Positions 50,894-62,119 of a DNA stretch of 64,000 nt are shown in pieces. Made by a program: the position numbers and the translations under genes. Source of the DNA: Thalia democratica (Eukaryota); assembly GCA_965202585.1 (NCBI GenBank), contig OZ241832.1, forward strand, positions 35,030,001-35,094,000, in the 5' to 3' direction. The notes under the pieces were generated by a model. That model was not told where the DNA came from, ran no database searches, and worked only from the letters and a program-made list of their open reading frames with translations. How positions within the stretch are numbered: position 1 is the first letter of the stretch; every line of letters begins with the position of its first letter.

Positions 50894-52525
50894 GTTTATA
50901 CCGTTAAAAAACTTGAAACTGTACTAAAATATGAATTTCTAAACTAAAAAGTCTGCAACTACTATTAGATTACAAGAATACTAAAGAAAAGTTACTTTTT
51001 AAAAACTATTCAACAAATTTTATTTTAAAGTACGAACCGAGCACTAAGTTTTTATTAAGTAACTATTTAACTGTTGTATAACTTATTATTAGTTATTGGT
51101 GTAAATGTTTCTAGGTTTACTACTTTGCTTATAAATGACTAAAATGTATTGTTACTATTTATTATTAATTTTTTGAATTGAATTCTTACCTACATTTTGA
51201 CAAACAAATGATCTACATTTGAGTAGACACTTACATCATTTTATATAGTGTTTTATTAAAAGCAACCGTAGAAAATACTCTTTAAAAGACAAGCAACATT
51301 TATGCTCTTCAAACAGCCTAGAACTACTCCTTAAGATATAAAGTAAATGGTTGGATAAGTTCTACTACTGAGTTACCACGACAAATTAACTTTTATTTAT
51401 CTGGCAATTTATTTTAACTAAAAAAACTTTTCAACTTGAATCTTTTATCAAAGTAGAGCTGTTATGAATAGTCTTAAAGTAAGTCTAGCTGTTTTACTTC
51501 TGTTTCGTGATCTTAATTCCTACACACCAGAACTTGACGATCCATGTTTAAGAAACCCAAGTGCAATTTTTTAGTAAATGTTTTTTCAATGTACCAAGGT
51601 AAGCGAAAATATGTTTTAGAGCAATTTTAGTATGTTACGTAACTATTACAATTTTTTCGAAAGTTTACTTATAAATTCAAGTTCTCATAATTTGTTTAAT
51701 TTTATTTATTAATACTTATTTATTTGTTGAAAAGAAGCTTTAGATACTTCTTGTTTAGTATCCGTTGCTAGAAATTTTGTTTGAATTTTGTGCGAGATTT
51801 TTTTTCTTATTTAAATTTTAACTGTTTTATATTATAGAAGACGAAGTTTTGATACACAGTTTTAGTTTTTGATGTGTTTTTTTTAATCATAAATAACTGT
51901 TTAAAATTTTGTTTAGCCAAATAAGATTCAATGTCTTCACAGTTTAGAAACACTTTTTCAATTCATTAATAAACAGCGTTGTTTCGACTATAAGTAACGT
52001 AAATGGTTTTCTTTAAACAAATAATGACAAATTAGAATCTCGATTTAAAAGTTTATTTGTGATACAAAATTGTCAAAAATAATCTTTTTCGTCTTTTTCT
52101 TCTCGTCTACTTGACTAAGAGCCTGTTTAAAATTTTTTATTAGGTGTAGTTAAATATGATGAAACGCAAAAACTTATTTTATTAGTTTTTCATTTATTTA
52201 TAAATAATTATAGTTTACTTGTTTAAAAAACAATAAACTTAAAAATTTGGTTTAAGTAAGGTCTTGTGGAAAACTAAAACAACTGTTTAAGTGTGTTAGT
52301 TAAAAACTATGCAGCAAAAGTCTTAAACACTGTTTAACTAGCTTAAAATTTTTTTTTTATTGTCTGTTCAAAAAAATTTATTCAGAAAGTTGAAGTACAA
52401 ATAAAAGTTTCAAAATGCATATCACATTGTTTTTCATCTCCGAAAATACTACTGTTTTAATTCTATAACTCAAGTACAAATTCTATAAACTTTAATATAA
52501 AAACATACATACTTTCACAAAGCAC

Positions 52526-55488
52526 CTAGCAGTGGAAGACGCACTTGTGAACGGAGGGCGGGCAGAAGTTCCAGTTGAGGGGAAGTTTCATGCAGGGGGG
52601 AGTGAACTTGACGCGGCACTTCAGGCCGCAGCAGTAGTGCATGATCAGTCTCGGCTCCCACAACAGCTGGAAGTCGTCGAACTTTCTCAGCGTGGTTTCC
52701 ACCTTTTCGTGGACGCACGCGTGGTAGTGCTCCTTCAGGGCCTTGACCAGGTCGTTGGCGGGGTCGGCGCCGAAAGCGCTGACGAAGAACTTGTCGAATT
52801 TCAGCAAGTGGACGCGAGCGCACTGAAAAAAATCAAAACTTATAAAAATGAAATACATAACTACTTTGATTATTGAAACCAACTTCTCTCAACTTCTTTT
52901 CGATTCTTGCACGTTGGGCGACACGCTTGTCAACAAGACAAGTTGTGTAGTGGGCGATCTTGGTCTTCTTGGCGGCGACGCACGCGTCGAACGAGCGCTT
53001 GATCTTCATGACGTGGGCGTCGGCGCACGACTTCCAAGTTTCGATGCGCGCGTGAACCTTGTGGTAGATCGCTTCGATCTGAGCCATCATCTTGTCGTGG
53101 TGGAGGTCGACCCAAGCCTTGGCTTGCTGCTTGAGGAGGTCGTGGAAGCTGACAATTTGTTCTTGGGTTGGTGGGCATCTGTACAACATTATGGTATATT
53201 TTGAACTCAGTTGTTTTTTATACAAACTTATTATCTTTGATAGAAATATTCGTAACTTCAAGCTAATAGTTTATTGATAAATATCCAAGCAAAGCAAGTT
53301 CGCTGGAATATACAATAAAAAGAAAGTTGCACAATACTTCTTTTTTATTTAACTAACTCCGTGGAACTGTGTTAACTTGTTAAACACAGAGAAATACATG
53401 TTAGTTCAATAAAAAAAAGTGTTGTGCAATTTTTTTATTAGGTTAAGTATATCAACTCACCCGTTGTAGTATTTTGGCATCTTCAATGCAATGATGGCTT
53501 CGAGGGCTTTCATGGCTTTTACTTTCCAATCATTGACCTGTTGGATCCATGAGGTGCGCTTCAAGACGAGCTCCTGAGTGTAAATAGTGTACTTTCTGCT
53601 GATCTCGTCAAGGTGTGGTTGGTGTTCCCAAACACACTCTCTTTCAGCTAAAATTTAATTAGAATTTAAGTAAATGAAATAAAATTAATTGCATAAAACT
53701 AATTTTTTTACCCTTAGTGCAGGTTCTGAGAGTTTTGAAGTGGGGACCTCTCCAGTCCAAATTGAATGGCTTGACAGTGTACATTTTGCACATTGTTCTT
53801 GGAAGGCATGGCGTGCGAACGCTAAAGGTAAAATCGAGTTGTACCTTTACTAGTTATTTTGAAAACAAACAGAACCTACCATGATCTGGTGTGGCGCCTT
53901 CTGGCAAAACTGTAGCACCCGCTCTTGATGTAGCAGACGTAATCGCATCTGTAGCTGTCCTTTATCAAGCGGACGGCTTCCAACATTCTGCGCTCGAACT
54001 CTTGGAAAAGTTCAACGTGGTGCTTTCTGATGGAGCCTTCGTAGAAAGCGAGGACTTGTTCCAAATCGGCTGGTTGTTCCTTGCCATCTGTATCAGTTTT
54101 TTTTTTTGAAGCAATTGTTAAAGTTTTTAAATTATTCTTGTTAAGTAATTTTTTCATAAAGCTTCTTCTGATAATTAAATTGTTGTGATAGTTATATAAC
54201 ATTTATGCTTTTTAATAACAATCATTGGATAGGTAACTAACGGTAAAGGCTAGTGAAGATCTTCTTTACAAAAGCAACCTTGTTGAGACAGAGATTTTCG
54301 AGGTTAATTTCGTACTGTTTAATCAACTTGGTGGCGTGAGCGTCCAGCTTGGTTACGAACAAGCCAATTTTGGTTTTACGGGTGGCAAGACAAGATTTGA
54401 ATCTGTTTTATAATTTTATTGAATTTACCCACGTTTTCGCTAATGCTTTATTTACAATCAAAACTGTACTTGTAAACCAACAGAAAGCTACATCATATCT
54501 TACTAATTAAACACCTCTGTTTGATTATAATTTTAAAGAAACAAAAATTCTGGAAAGCACACAAAAACTCACTGCGAAACAAGTTGTCTGTGGAAGCTCT
54601 CGATCCTGCGCACTATCGCGCGCACCGCGCCGATGAAGTTGCGCACGGCCCGCTCCTTGTGCACCTCGAGCTCGCGGGCGTAAGCCAGAGCTTTCTGCTC
54701 GACTTCCTCGCGGGTGTGGTGGTAGGCCTTCGTGTAGTACTCCCTGAAGACGCGCGCGTAGTCGTCGTTCATCTCGCACAGGGCCTTCTTCCAGGCGGTG
54801 AGGGGGAGGAAGAGCTCCCGCTCGATCTCCGCTCGGGAGTGCGCCAGTTTTTCTTCCAGTTCTTTGACGCGAGCATCGGCGTTGTCTTCTATATTTTTCG
54901 TTTAGACTAAGTATTAAAGATAATGCAAACTTTTTATATAAATTTAGTTTCACACACATAGTTCATGTTAATAAATTTTATTAAAAAAGTAGATCACCTT
55001 ACATTGGTAAGATACTTTACATTTAATCTAATTTTACCTGATTCACAGCCTTTCGGGTAGTGTTGGATAGGGAACTCGGCGAGGATGTGCCTGTAGTAGG
55101 CGGCAGTGCACCAGCTCCTGTTGAAGTGGATCCTGTAGCTGTAGTAGCCGTGAGCAGGCAGCACGTGGAAGGCGTGGGAGCACCAGTAGTGGTACGAAGG
55201 TATCTGGTAGGTGGCACCTTGGGCTGCCTGTGAAAAAATTCAACATGAATATTTTATTGTACTTGTTCATGAGTCATTATTTTTCGGCAGAACTAAAACT
55301 TTTTTTTAACGCAAAATATCCTTCTAAAAGTTTTTGTTTTAAGAATTGAAGTAACTTTTTCAATGGTTTTTTAACCATTTTTTCTTGTAAATATAAATGT
55401 CAAGTCTTTTAAGCTGAAAATCTTATTATACATTTTTCTAATTAAAACTGACAACAATGCAAGCCAAGAAGACAGCGACGAACTTCAT
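52526..55488 (-). CDS. Secreted His/Cys/Tyr-containing, largely alpha-helical protein with two internal repeats; 9 exons, 599 aa, family not recognised
   Basis: Phase-consistent exons (minus): 55488-55453, 55227-55038, 54888-54573, 54402-54242, 54087-53880, 53821-53712, 53647-53461, 53178-52884, 52822-52526. Signal peptide MKFVAVFLACIVAAQG and strong C/G third-position codon bias. Confidence 0.9.
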
Positions 55489-55534
55489 CGTTGTTTTCTT
55501 TTTGAGTAGTTTGTCAGCTGAACATTTTTCCGGA

Positions 55535-55541
55535 TTTTATA
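55535..55541 (-). promoter_or_regulatory. TATA box of the secreted-protein gene
   Basis: TATAAAA on the minus strand, 47 nt upstream of the ATG at 55488, implying a 5' UTR of about 20 nt. Confidence 0.55.
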
Positions 55542-57439
55542 CGACGTTGTGCAAACAACTAGGTCGGAAGTTTGTGTTATTAAGTGTTAAATGACGTTAA
55601 GCGCTCAGACTAAGTTCGCAATTGAAGTTCTAATGTTGTTTTAGACTAACTTTCGATTTTTTTCATTAACATACAGGAACTTTGTAATTTTTAGTTGTTG
55701 GTTTTGTTTGATGTAGTTTCATAGAAAAACACATTGCATTTAATCTAAAATACTGTAACATTTTTATTATTTAGCTAAAACAACTATCGTTTAATTTTTA
55801 CAGCAGTTATTTTGGTTATTTCTGTACTGATGATGCTCCTAAGAAGTATTTACATCAGTTTTCCCTTAAATTATGCGCCTATCCACAGTAATGTAGGTTA
55901 AGTTTATTCAAGCTTGTACTAAAATTCTTCATTTATATATATTTAAAACATCTTTGAAATAAGCTTGTAATATAAGTTACTTGCTTTCATTAGCTATTTT
56001 CAGTATATCTTAACAAACTTTAGTAATTCATTTATTTAAAAAGATGATTTAACAACATTAAGAGTAGTCTAAGTATTTAGTAAATTTTCAAAAGTGCAAA
56101 TATTTTTTGTAGTAATTTACAGACGAAGGTTTTTTTAAATATTGTAAGCGCTTTTTTATTTACTAAAACTAAAGCAATAGTTGTAAAATTTATTTTATAT
56201 AAAGGTAAGCTAATTTAACAACAACAACTTTTTAAGCATTAAATTTTTTTTATTCCTACTAATATAAGCATTTTATAAATTAGTATTTTCAAATATATAC
56301 TTTTGTTTTTAAATCTTATATACTAACTTAAAAGAAAAAAGATTTATTTTTTAGTTTTTATTTAAAGTTTCTTTTAAAATAAGCTTAGTATATAAACATT
56401 ATTGAAATTAAATTCAAAGAATGTAAATTAAGGTAAAACAGTATCTTAAATGTTCTAAGTCTCGATTTTTTGCGGGATAATATTAATTAAGTATCATAAG
56501 GAACTTATAGGCCATACTATAAAATATGTTATATTAATAACATTAAATACTCTTCAACTAAAAAGATTTTGGTTCTAGTTTATACTTTCTTTAAACAATT
56601 ATTAGATAGCTAGAGGAAGCATTTCAATTTTAATTGACCTAGTATGTCTTTTAAACTATTTAAATCAATATCATAAATGCAACAAGATAAATACACAAAT
56701 AAAATTTCCAAAAAACTTTATAAATGAATATTGTTTCAGGTAGAGTACTCAAATTACCTAAAACTAAAAAAAAGTTTCAAATGTGTTTATTTAGTTGCAA
56801 ACTTTGTTAGTTTTAGCTTTTAAAAGATTTAGTTTTGGGTTTTTTATTACTATTAATTCTTTAACCAAACCAGTTTTTATCTATTTAAAGAAAATAAATT
56901 TGATTTTATACTTATAAATTTTTCCCTTAGTCTTTTTATTTTTTAAAAGTTTAAATTACAAAAGTATTATTTAACTTTCAAAAAGAAACGATGTTTTTGT
57001 TTTTATCAAAAGCCATATTTTAAAACTTCTTATGACCGTATTTAATTTAAATTGTGATAGAATGAATGCTTATAAAATTTTATAAAAGTTAAAATATTAA
57101 TGTATACGAAGCATAAAAATTTTAATAACTCTTTGTTGGTAAAAAATAAAATTGTGTGTGCATATTATTCATGTGTTTGTTTTGTATCAGATACATCATG
57201 TTGCTCTACTTTTTCTATGAAGTGTATAGCAATTTAAACCATTTACAAACAAAACAACAAATTATCTGCCCACTGTACATTAATCTTCAGGTTAAGTACT
57301 ACTTCCCCCACTTAAGTACACACTTCCGGTTGGGTACACTACACACTTTTTTGAGCTTGACGCGTTGTGGTTGAAATGTTGTCTTTTTTACAATAGGATT
57401 TCAACAACTTCTACAGTATTAATTAAAAAAGTGTTAAAT

Positions 57440-57575
57440 GTTTATTAGTTTATTAAGCGACAAAAAATACGCTCAAAGTATTTGGTACTAGGACCTGGTG
57501 TACGAAGAACCTTTCGGTTGTCGAGTCATACACCACTTGGTTACCTTTTAACGTCTTGTCCAGGACGTATTTTCA
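57440..57575 (-). repeat. ~130-nt interspersed structured repeat, full-length copy in reverse orientation
   Basis: Reverse complement reads GTCCTGGACAAGACGTTAAAAGGTAACCAAGTGGTGTATGACTCGACAACCGAAAGGTTCTTCGTACACCAGGTCCTAGTACCAAATACTTTGAGCGTATTTTTTG. Confidence 0.8.
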
Positions 57576-59672
57576 GGAAGTCCAGGAAGTATTTTCAGAT
57601 TTATTGAACATATAGGAAAATATAAATAATTAAAAAAATAAGGCTATTGAACGCACAGTACATATTTAACGAAAATAACAAGCAGTGTAATTGATATCAA
57701 CATACCTCGAGACTTAAACCTAAAAACAAATAAAAAACTATACCATATTTAGTTGGTAGCGAACAGTGTAATTGATATTTGTTAATAATTAAAACTAGAT
57801 ACTCTTGACAACCTGTTGTTTGAATACTTTCTGTTGTTGGAAAACTTTTTTTGAGCTAGTTTTAATATTCTTTAAAGCAGATTCTAGCTTTTTTTTGTTA
57901 TTACTAATATTAGCTTGCAATTACACTGAAGGCAACTTTCCTTCTATAAACCAGACTGAAATGAAATATTTATGATGAATTGTTATCTTTGGTTTCAGGA
58001 TACTTTTAAACCATCTGTAAACATAAGTGATTTTTCAGAATATTTAAATTTAACTGTTTAATGTATGAACTTTTAGTCCAGGATTCATTTACTACTTCCG
58101 GTATATAGCACAAATTTTTATGTTTTAAGTACTCAAGCAGAAAATTACAGAACATAACAAGGTTAAAACTACATAACTCATAACTTTAAAACTTTTTTTT
58201 CACCTCGAAAAAAAGTTTCAATTCTGAAAAACGATTTAATTGTGGTATTTCTGTTTTATTTCAAATTAAAAAATACTTTTTAGTAAGCTGTAAATATATG
58301 TATATTTATTAAATATGTATGGTGCATATATGGGAGACTAAGAAATTTTCTAAATGTGAAAAAATATAGTTATAGTTTTCAAGTAATCTCTAGTTAAAAA
58401 TCTATTTTAAATTTATATTTTTTATTAAGATTTTTTATAGAAATACAACAAATATAGTTTACTGTTAAAAAACTATATAAGTAGTGAAAATGTTTATTTG
58501 TATATAATCTTAAAATCTTTAAAAAGTTTCGTAAAACTATTCTAAAAACTTTTGTTGCCAAAAGAATCTATCATTTCAATAAAGTTTAGTAATTAAAATC
58601 CTTTACTCAATTTAACAATTATATAGTTGTTATTGTAGCATTAACTTTGCATTCAAACACTAGCCTTATATATACTTACTAGCTTTGTATAGCTACTTAA
58701 ACGGCTTCAGTAACATTTTTAATTTTTCATACTTATATCTGTGAATTTTTTTTTAATGTTATATTATAATACATTACTGTAAAATACTAATAGTTATGTT
58801 TTTATAAGCATTTGTGCACAAAGTTTAAAAACTTCATTAGACTAAAGTTTAAAAAAAAACTTATAATTTATAATAACCCAAAAACTTTACACTACGTTTA
58901 TGTAAAATTAACTTAATCAAAGATTACATTTTAGTTTAAATTTTTCTTTAATGAGCAATTGTTAAAATTAAGAGCTAACCTGCCTGAGAAAAAAAAAACA
59001 TCACTTTTATTTTAATACAATTATTTTGTTATTATTATCGAAACTTAATGGTTAGTACAAACTCTATATTTACAAGGAAAAGCGTTATGTTGAAGCTAAC
59101 AGTTTAGCGATTCCAATAGTTACTACCTATTATTATCACTAATATATTCTGATTTTTAAGTACCCTGGATATCATTTTTTGTAAGATAATAACTTTGAGC
59201 AATCATTAAAATGTTCTAAAGAAGGTAGTATATTTTACTTGCAATATTTAAAAAAGTTTTTAACATTCTTACCAGAACGTTTTCGTTCTTAACTTGAAAC
59301 TTTAGATACATTTTGTATGTGTAAAAACATATATAAACTGTACTTTTTAAAACTTTTTTTTAAATATGTTAGTTTAAGTATACCTTTAAATAAAGGACTA
59401 AAGTAAGTAAAAAACCTGATTTTTTTGAGTAGTTACAGAAACTGTTTGTAAACTATATACTTTAGATAAAATTGACCAAATGAGCAGTGATTTATTATTG
59501 AGGAGCAACACAGTTTTACAACAAACAAAATCTAAATTCAACATAAATGATTACAATTAAACTTTGAAATAAGCACAAGCACTGAAAACAAAAACAGTAA
59601 GAACAACAACAGAAAGTTATCTGTCACAACTTCAATAGAAAAACTAAAAGCTATGCAAAAAACAAACTCATT

Positions 59673-62119
59673 TTAACATGTTAAAGGTTGTCCGGGACTA
59701 TAGGGAATTAGACCAAACATGTCACACCCATCAGTGTCACTGTTAGACGAAGACTGATTCTTCTATAAAGTTTGATTTTTTTTTAATTCCTTTCTCGTTT
59801 GTGTCACTTATAGTTTTATATTTGTAATTTAATAGATCAGTGTGATACTTAAATGTGTTTTGTATATCTAGGATGACGTTTTTAATTAAATGTAATTTAG
59901 TATACAAATAATTATAATAAAACTGTGCTTATGAGTTACTTTTTTAGCTCATTTTAAGTTACAAAAACTGATGGATATTTTTTATAAGCTTGATTCAAAC
60001 CTTCATTGATAAAAATGTAAATATACTAGCACCATGATGTCAATCTAATTAGCTTGTTCTTACTTGATTATAAAGACTAAGAATATTCATAAGTTCAAAA
60101 CATTTGAACAACTAATCTTCTTAAGTTTAATTTCTAAAATCTCAAGTTATTTCAAAATTTTTTAACTTAAAAACATTTTAAACTAGTATCATAAACTTAC
60201 CGAATTTTGTGGTTTTAGCTTCATTACCTTCTTCACATACTTTACCACTAAATCATGCACTGTCTCAGGGTTAATTTTTTCACCAAACTCATATTTCACC
60301 ATCTAAAATTTGCAAAAACGTTAAATACCTTTGGAAGAGTTGTGGAAGATAATTAATTAAGTTTTTAATATTTTCTGACTTATTTAAGTGATCGAGTTTG
60401 AATTTTTTTTTTATTCTAATTTTAATACTGTTAAGTTTCTATGAATGATAGAGTAAATTCTTTATACAGTTAAATCAAAACACTGTTCTTTGTTAGTTAT
60501 AAAACTTAACATAAAATAATGTTTTAAAAGTATGTAATTTATACTAAAACTAGCTGTTATTAACTACCTAGTTGATAGTTTTTTTTGCACATAGTTTTTG
60601 ACCGATTGGTAACTGATAAAAAGCAAAAAAATTAAAATACTTCAAACATACTAATTAAATTGTATTTGGTTTGCTGTCAACAGTTAAACAATGACTTAAA
60701 CTTTTGTTGAAAGATCAACTATGCCTATAAATTTTTATTGTAGTTTTAAACTATATATCACACAGAACTGTATCTAAAATAATCTCTATATGAAGATACT
60801 AGTTTACATAGATCGAAAAACTTACATTGTATAGTAAATTTCACGCATACATTTTAAAATAAACAGTCTAAAATTTTATAATTAAAAATTAGTTTATAAT
60901 TTACATGTTTATTCTTAATTATATGTTTAAAACTATCTTATGGTACGTTGATAATGATTAAATTTATATTTTTTACTTACTTTATTAACTGTTTTTCTCA
61001 TAATGTACTTGTAATCTTCTTTATTAATGCACTCTCTATAGTAGTAGTAGTCTTTCAAAGAACGTTTAGCAATTTCTTTCACTTCGTCTTGAAGTTTTAA
61101 TATTTCACGAGACATCTGTCAATTTAAATGGAATTGAAAATGTAGAAAACATAAAGTTTGTGCTTTATAATCATAAATTTACTTAAGTTACATTTGTTTG
61201 CTACCGTTTTTTTTTTTTACAAAATATTTAAAAATGATTTTTTTAAAGAAGTTTGAATAAAGTTCAAGTTTACTCAAGTGTCAACTTTAAAAAAACTGTC
61301 ATACTTTCAAACATACAAAAGAAAAAAGAGAAAATTTTTGTTAATTGTGTTTGATAACATATTAGTTTTATATTAATTTTCATCATATTTAAAGATCAAT
61401 TGTTTCAAAAATCCATTATTATTTTTAGTTTAGATTACAATAGTTAACAAAATATTCTAAAAACATAATAAAAAGTAGCTACATAGCAAGCCTGTTAATA
61501 TCAGAACATTAAAAAAATATGTATGTAAAGATTTTTAGTTTTTGCAGAAATATAAGCATGAACATTCTATAAATATTCTTCAGCTGATTTGCCTTTGCTA
61601 AAAATTCCTAAAGCTAGGCTCACAAGCTCAGCTATATTTGATAAAATAAGAGTTCTTCAGCTGAAATTTAAACTGTTTATGCAATTACTTTATATATGAA
61701 CAACATATAGCTATATGTAATTAGTTTTTAATACTGCAAGCACAATTAAAATTTAATAAAAATAGATTCTAAAAACAAATCATGCTTCACAAAAGCAGCG
61801 TAGCAAAAAGACACAACTCTACCTTCTTTTTCTTTGCGTGCCTTCTACTTTCTTCAACTTTCCTCTTCTTCGCCTTATCCTTTCTCTTCTCCTTCCTCTC
61901 TCTCTCCTTGCGCGACTGCGACTTGACAGTGTACACTTTGTGCTCTTCAATTTGATACTCGCTGAAACTTGGTTTGGGAACTTCGAAGCGAACCGATCTG
62001 AGATCGATATCTCGGTGAGCCGAAATGTTGCTGGAAGATTGCAAACTTGCGTCGTAGTCTTCGTCGATGTAGAGAGCGTTCGAATCGCTAGAGTTCTCCG
62101 CCAGGTACTCGTAAGACAT
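59673..62119 (-). CDS. Small basic protein with a C-terminal SRI-like domain (PHRF1/SCAF1/SCAF11 C-terminal type); 4 exons, 207 aa, 5' end possibly incomplete
   Basis: Phase-0 exons (minus): 62119-61823, 61115-60981, 60302-60201, 59762-59673. LQDEVKEIAKRSLKDYYYYRECINKEDYKYIMRKTVNKM...INPETVHDLVVKYVKK fits the pattern EVK..IKPFY....TKEEYK.I.RKAV.K....INP.KV..LV..YV.KY. A Lys/Arg-rich NLS-like tract precedes it. Confidence 0.78.

Noticed and set aside
52532-54959. Plus-strand and alternative-frame ORFs over the secreted-protein exons
   Set aside because: Antisense or shifted shadows caused by strong C/G third-position bias. The spliced minus-strand frame is continuous and phase-consistent.
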